Shown in pieces: positions 58,663 to 64,000 of a stretch of DNA of 64,000 nucleotides. The notes below the pieces were generated by a model. It saw nothing but the letters and a program-made list of their open reading frames with translations, searched no databases and was not told the DNA's origin. How positions within the stretch are numbered: the stretch's first letter is position 1; each line of letters starts with the position of its first letter. This stretch comes from an uncultured Acidobacteriota bacterium (GTDB lineage: Bacteria > Acidobacteriota > Thermoanaerobaculia > UBA5066): the NCBI GenBank assembly GCA_963779415.1, contig CAVZYA010000001.1, forward strand, positions 1,792,001 through 1,856,000. The letters run 5' to 3'. Both the position numbers and the translations under genes were made by a program.

Positions 58663-60329
58663 CAATCGTCCCCGGTCGTCCTGTCGACGAAGAAGTGAAG
58701 GGATCCTCGGAAACTCCGACAGCATCTGCTCCGATGCGCGAGCCCGGGCCCTCAGCGTCCTGACCGTATCCGGGAGAAGGAGCGTGGAAAAGAGCAGCTT
58801 CAGGATCCTGCGGAGCTTTCCTCCTCTGAGACCGAATGTGCCGAGGACGGTAATCCAGAACGCTCTCGCGTACCTGTCCGGGCATGAAGTATCGCCGTTC
58901 GAGATACATCTCCGTCACCGAGGGCAGCGCCCGATGAGTCAGGCGGGATCGGCTGCTCGCATAGGTCATCACGCGTGCTCCGTGCTTTCGCAGGCCCCCC
59001 TGTGGAGCGTGATGATGAAGCACGGAGATCGCGGGGTCCAACACCATCAAGGCGCCCGAGAGGTAGGTTCGCATTCCCAGATCGTGGTCGGCGCGCGGGC
59101 CGTGGTCGAACGCCAGGTCGAAGAGTCCGGAGCGGACCAGAACCTCCCGATCCACGAGCGTGTTGTTCGTGGGGAAGACGTCGCTCGTGCGGACGAAAGT
59201 GAAGGCTTCGGGCAGCGGGCCGGCTCCGACCTCGTCGGCGACGCCGCTCGATACCTCACAGCGAAAGCGGCAAAGGTTCATCATGTGCCGCTCGATCAGT
59301 TCCGGCGGGATCTCGTCGTCGTCGTCCAGAAAGAGGATGTAGTCGCCGGTTGCGGCCTGAAGGCCTGCATTCCGCGACCGGCACTGTCCGGCCTCGTCCA
59401 TCGTGATGACACGAAGGGGAAGAGCGGGAAATCGGGACTCGAGATCCGTGATTCGGTGTTCCCGAGCCGTCTGGTCCACGACGATGACCTCGTGCGGCGG
59501 AATAGTCTGCTTTCCGATCTGATCGAGCAGTTTCAGAAGGTAGGGATAGCGATCCACCGTCGGTATGAGTACGGTGACGCGGGCGGTTGGGGGCGCCCCT
59601 TCGCCTCCGGACTCCGTGCGGCGATATGTCGGCAGCGGTTGCAACGCCCGAAGGTCGGCAAACCGACGGGAGGCTGAAATCGCGTCCACAGCTCCCACCG
59701 TTCCCGACAGAACGGCGCGGGTGAGCGCCCAGCGGGCCCAACGGCGACCGAAACCAAGCGCAACGAACCGCAGCTCATCCTCGAGAGGAAGGATCAAGGG
59801 TCCCGAGGATGACGACGCACCCGGCCCCAGCAGCGTGGGAACGTGCCGAACGAACGCGCCGCGAGATACGAGCCGGTGTCCCAGCTCGAGCGCAGCTCCC
59901 GCTATCGTCAGGAAGTCCGCTCTCACTCCTCCGAGCTGGAGAAGAGCGTCGGTGCGCGCCAGACATGCGCCGAGAGATAACCGCCAGGATGTCGCCTCGA
60001 TTGCGACATCGGGGTTCCGGTTCAGCATCCATGTCGGCGCAACGAAATCGATGAGCTTCGGAACGTCCCCCATGCCCAGCGCGAGGCCTGCGTGCCACAC
60101 GTCCCCCGGTCTGCTCAGCAACCGGTCGAAACTCCCGATGCCCGGGACGGGTCCCGAAGCCGGCATCCAGAAGAGAATCCACGGGGCGCGATCCCGGTTG
60201 CCGGCTATTTCGTCAAGAACCCTCGCGACATCGGCGGGAGACGGGTTCGCCACGAGGACCGAGCCATGCGCCCAAGCCGGGCGATTCCGCCGCGGGCCCG
60301 AGCCAGACGAGGTCAATCGGCGCCGTCAT
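58660..60329 (-). CDS. GT2 glycosyltransferase with N-terminal degenerate GT-A-like domain (frameshifts near both ends)
   Basis: VTVLIPTVDR, EVIVVDQ, SRNAGL, ILFLDDD, GLFD, ADHDLG; likely start ATG 60329 (MTAPIDLVWLG). Confidence 0.82.
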
Positions 60330-61553
60330 GCGCCCATGAGCCTCGCGTAAGCCTGGTCGAACGCCGCAATCTGGTCCCCGATGCGGAACAGCTCCAGCAC
60401 TCGTCTCCGGCCTGCCCTTCCCATCCGCTCCCGAAGCGAGGGATCTGCCGCCAGGCGGGACACACCCCGTGCGAGCGCCTCCGGATCCCTTCGCGGCGCG
60501 ACGAAACCCGTTACACCGTCCGCGACGTTCTCCACCAGGCCGCTGGCATCGGTGCAGACAATCGGGAGCTGCATCGCCTGCGCCTCTATGACCGCGTTGC
60601 AGAAGCCCTCCGAAACGGCGGCATGGAGGAACAGGTCGGCCCAGAGCATCTCGCCCCTCACCGCGGCGGGCGAGACGGCACCGAGAAGGCTCACGGAATC
60701 GTCGAGGCCCATTTCGTGACGTGAGTAAGCAATGGCGTCAGAATAGTATCCATCGCCCACGATCCGGTACTCGACGCAGATCCCGGCTCTCCGCAGCAGA
60801 CGAACCGCCTCCAGGGCGTCTTCGTATCCCTTTTGCCACACGAGCCGCCCGACGCCGAGGATCCGGAGGGGTCGCTCCGGCGTTCCAACAACGCTCGCCG
60901 TCTGACGTTCACCCGGATCGAAAAAAGCCGTATCGATTGCCGGAGGGATCAGGACATGCTCCTTGTCGGCAGGGCATCCCCGCCGCACCGCCCTTCGCCA
61001 GAGATCCTCCCCCAGGCAATGGACGAGATCCACTTCCCGAAAGACTTCTGCGTAGTAATGCGGCTCTTCGAGTCCCGCGAAATTCACGTCGAAGCCGCGA
61101 AAACTCGCCGACATCCGGCAACCCAACAGTTCCTTCAGATACGTCTTCCCGACGGCCAGCGTGCCGAATTCGAAATGAACGAGGTCCGGCGAGAGCCGTA
61201 TCAGGATCGCATCCAGGTAAAGCCGCTTCAGACTGCTCCAGCCGTCTCTCAGAGCACCGCGGAGCAGAAATCCGCCCCGTGGCCCGCGGGTTGTACAACA
61301 TGCACGAACCGATGGCCGCGGGCGCCAAAGCCGCGGCAAGCATTCGGCGTCCGGCGGGCCACGCCACATGCACGCGTCCCTCGAGAGCCGCCGCCACACT
61401 GCTCGGGAAGTGCCGCCACTCCTCGCGATCGCTTCTGCGGCAAGCGATGTGGACATCCCAGCCGGCCTCGAGAAGTCCTGTCGCCTTCGAAACAATGAAG
61501 GTCTCGGACAGCTTCGGGAAAGCGTGTAAGACGAGAATCAGGCGTGCCCGCAC
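60326..61553 (-). CDS. GT4 glycosyltransferase, WcaL-like (frameshift at ~61270)
   Basis: FPKLSETFI, HFEFG, SFRGFD, VGRLVWQKG, SEGFCNAVIEA. Confidence 0.88.
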
Positions 61554-62755
61554 TTGCGCACTTCCTCGAGGAGCTCCGTGAACCTCTGAACCTGGCTTGC
61601 CAGCGTGAATTCCCTCAGGATGCGATCCCTCGCGGCCGCCCCCATCCGGACGCGAAGTTCCGCATCCGCGGCAAGACGCTCCAGCGCCCTGGCCATCTGT
61701 CTCACGCCGCGTACGGGCACCACGAACCCTTCCACGCCGTCCGAGACCGCCTCGCGCATACCACCGCAATCCGTCGTGACGATCGGAAGCCCGGTCGCCA
61801 TCGCCTCGAGGGCGGCGTTCGAGATGCCCTCGCTTACGCTCGAGAGGAGGAACAGATCGGCGTTCCGCAGCCGCTCGGCAACGTCCTCGGGAGGCAGTTC
61901 CCCGGAAAGACGGACGCGTCCCGAAAGCCCAAGATCCTCGATATCGAATAGAAGACGCTGACGGTCGGCTCCTTCTCCCAGGATCTCGAGCTCGATGTCG
62001 GCTCCCGAGTCTCTCGCGGCACGCAGACTTCGAAGCGCGTACTCGAAGCCCTTCCTCCATGTAAGAGAGCCGACGGCGATTACGCGCAGCGGCCCGGCCG
62101 CGGTGCGCCGCCCGGCCTGCGGGAAGAACTTCCCGGGATCCACCGCGGGCCGGATGACTCTCGACTTCGCCGGGTCCAGGCCGTACGAACTGGCTTCGGC
62201 CTCGATCGCTTTCGAGACGCAATGGACGGCGGCCGCACGGGAGAAGGTGGCTCGCAGCCCGTCCCGAAGATCCTGGCGGTCCGGGTCGAGCGGCCCGATG
62301 TTCACCTGAGATCCCCGGCAGCTCAGGAGGACCGGGACCCCGAGATCGAAAAGGGCAGAGTGGAGAATCGCCGCAGAATTCCACGGAAAGTAGATCACGT
62401 CAGCCTTTCGTCCGACGTACGGAAGAAGCTGATTCCAGGCCCGAAGCCGAGGCACGCCTCGCGGGAGGGCAGCGACGTGCGGTCTGAGAAGGCTGAGATC
62501 TTGGCGGCCCCCGATAGTGGCCTCCAAGGCCATCTCTGCGAGATGGAGCAGGCGACGCGGGATCGGGTCGTTCCAGGCAGGCGAGCGCAGCCATCTGACC
62601 CCGTTCGTCCGCAGCCATGTCGAGTCCGGCGCCACGCGCAATGCAAGCATGATCTCCACGCCCGCGCCCGCGAGCCCCTCGAAGAGACGCTCGAGAAACG
62701 TCTCGAGAGGCCACGAGCAACCTGCGACGAGGAGGCGGAGAGGCCGCTCAGCCAT
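61538..62755 (-). CDS. GT4 glycosyltransferase, WcaL-like
   Basis: WPLETFL, SCRGS, VGSLTWRKG, SEGISNAALEAMATG. Confidence 0.9.
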   Translation of the reverse strand: MAERPLRLLVAGCSWPLETFLERLFEGLAGAGVEIMLALRVAPDSTWLRTNGVRWLRSPAWNDPIPRRLLHLAEMALEATIGGRQDLSLLRPHVAALPRGVPRLRAWNQLLPYVGRKADVIYFPWNSAAILHSALFDLGVPVLLSCRGSQVNIGPLDPDRQDLRDGLRATFSRAAAVHCVSKAIEAEASSYGLDPAKSRVIRPAVDPGKFFPQAGRRTAAGPLRVIAVGSLTWRKGFEYALRSLRAARDSGADIELEILGEGADRQRLLFDIEDLGLSGRVRLSGELPPEDVAERLRNADLFLLSSVSEGISNAALEAMATGLPIVTTDCGGMREAVSDGVEGFVVPVRGVRQMARALERLAADAELRVRMGAAARDRILREFTLASQVQRFTELLEEVRKCGHA

Positions 62756-64000
62756 AAGTCTCCAGCCACGCCGAGAACGTCAGGAGCATCGACACCGTGT
62801 ACCCGCGCCCTTTTACGAATGGCGCGGCGAAGAAATCGTCGAGTAAAGCGGTGACGGCCGCCCGGGGAACGAGATCGTGAAGCTTCAGGCCGGGCGCGAG
62901 CAGCCACCTTTCGAGGCCAGCTCGTCCGGAAGCCGAGAGAAACTGCACTTCCCAGTTCCGTTCGACGACGTGGCGTCCTGTCGCAAGCCGGACGAGCTTG
63001 TTAAGCGCCCTCTTCGGCAGAAGCAGCGCCTCGGGTCTCGTCGCCCAGTAGAGGCTGGCGCCGCGAGCCTGCCACGTGATGCGTGCGAGATCCGGCGCAT
63101 GACGCTTCAGATAGTCGATCTGAAGTCGCCGGCCGGCAACAAATTCCGACGGGACGGTCGAGAAGAAGTCGGCCATGCGATTGTCATAGAAGGGAAGACG
63201 CGGGAACGCACCGGCCTGGAACATCCGCAGGCTGGCCAGTGTCCAGCGAAAGGACCACTGGTCGGTCTTGAACGCCTTCACGCGGAAGTCGGGGTCCTCA
63301 ATCGCCGGGAGCCGTTCCAGTTCCCGCCGGACGAACCCCTCGAGGACCGCCTCCACATCGCCACCGTCCTCCCGGTGGCCCGCACACACGTTCCGCGTCA
63401 GCCACTCTCCTCCGGCCTTCCGCATTTTCTTCAAAGCGTGCGCGACGATTTCATCTCCGTTCGCAGCGGCAGCGCCAACGAGACCCATGTCATCCAGCCA
63501 GACGTCGCCCCAGTGCGCCGCGACGACCCGGTCTGCCCGCTGCGCCAGTCGGGAGGACACCGCGGCCTGCCGGCACTGTGTGATGTCCTGAAATCCCTCG
63601 ATGCAGGACAAGACCTCGTCCAGTCGTTCGAAGAGGTAGGGGCGGATGGTCAACGCCTCGAACGAGAGCTGCCGGGCCGCCGCGACGCGGGATGCGATCC
63701 GGGTTTCGACCGAGTCCTCCGAATAGCCGTACGAATAGGCCCAGAAGTTCCCCGGACCGGACCTCGCGCCGTTCTGCTCCGTGAGGACGGCCACCGTCGT
63801 GCGGGAGTCGAGCCCGCCCGAGATCGGAACCGCGAGCCGACAGCCCGCGGCGTGCTCGGTGAGAACCTCTCGCAGAACCTCGCCAAACTGGACCACCGTT
63901 TCGTCGTAGGATCGATTTCCGTCCGGCTCATGCTGCCAGGTCCACGTTCGCTCCTCACGTAGCGGCCGGCCGCCTGCGTCGAATACTCTTCGCGTGCCCG
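62748..64000 (-). CDS. Asparagine synthase-like amidotransferase, C-terminal domain (5' end outside the window)
   Basis: PISGGLDSR PP-loop, YSYG, E...A..VA, RLPFYD. Confidence 0.82.
   Translation of the reverse strand, partial: GTRRVFDAGGRPLREERTWTWQHEPDGNRSYDETVVQFGEVLREVLTEHAAGCRLAVPISGGLDSRTTVAVLTEQNGARSGPGNFWAYSYGYSEDSVETRIASRVAAARQLSFEALTIRPYLFERLDEVLSCIEGFQDITQCRQAAVSSRLAQRADRVVAAHWGDVWLDDMGLVGAAAANGDEIVAHALKKMRKAGGEWLTRNVCAGHREDGGDVEAVLEGFVRRELERLPAIEDPDFRVKAFKTDQWSFRWTLASLRMFQAGAFPRLPFYDNRMADFFSTVPSEFVAGRRLQIDYLKRHAPDLARITWQARGASLYWATRPEALLLPKRALNKLVRLATGRHVVERNWEVQFLSASGRAGLERWLLAPGLKLHDLVPRAAVTALLDDFFAAPFVKGRGYTVSMLLTFSAWLETYG

Noticed and set aside
1-64000. CRISPR arrays, tRNA/rRNA genes, IS elements, integrases, prophage genes
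   Set aside because: No periodic repeats, RNA gene signatures or transposase/integrase motifs seen by eye; intergenic gaps are short. A tRNAscan-SE/Infernal run would be needed to exclude small RNAs.

Overview
High-GC bacterial DNA; the gene content suggests Acidobacteriota (inference, not searched). 1-11.3 kb is a type IV pilus locus: minor pilins, a HEAT-repeat-fused PilT plus a normal PilT, a sensor kinase, prepilin peptidase, a YfhO-type GT-C membrane protein and two GspG-like pilins. It is followed by a PGM1-like ATP-grasp ligase and a CusCBA-type metal efflux operon with a Cys-rich leader ORF (11.4-19.5 kb). 19.5-39.4 kb holds mixed housekeeping genes (malQ, Ser/Thr kinase, RluA, MFS, VIT1, SPOR, amino-acid ABC, VapBC, psd, pip, MscS-cNMP, speA). 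39.4-64 kb is a Wzy-type polysaccharide locus with lower GC. Many genes carry single-base frameshifts, most likely long-read errors. The best candidate for an undescribed system is the pilus regulatory module. The prepilin peptidase has a ~120-aa PAS-like insertion, and the kinase coupled to it appears to lack a PAS domain. One PilT has ~460 aa of HEAT repeats. A GACA-N5-TGTC palindrome upstream of the sigma54-type pilin promoter recurs (13/15 nt) upstream of the polysaccharide capD-like gene. No rRNA, tRNA, CRISPR array or transposase was recognised. All family calls are by eye from motifs; no database search was run.
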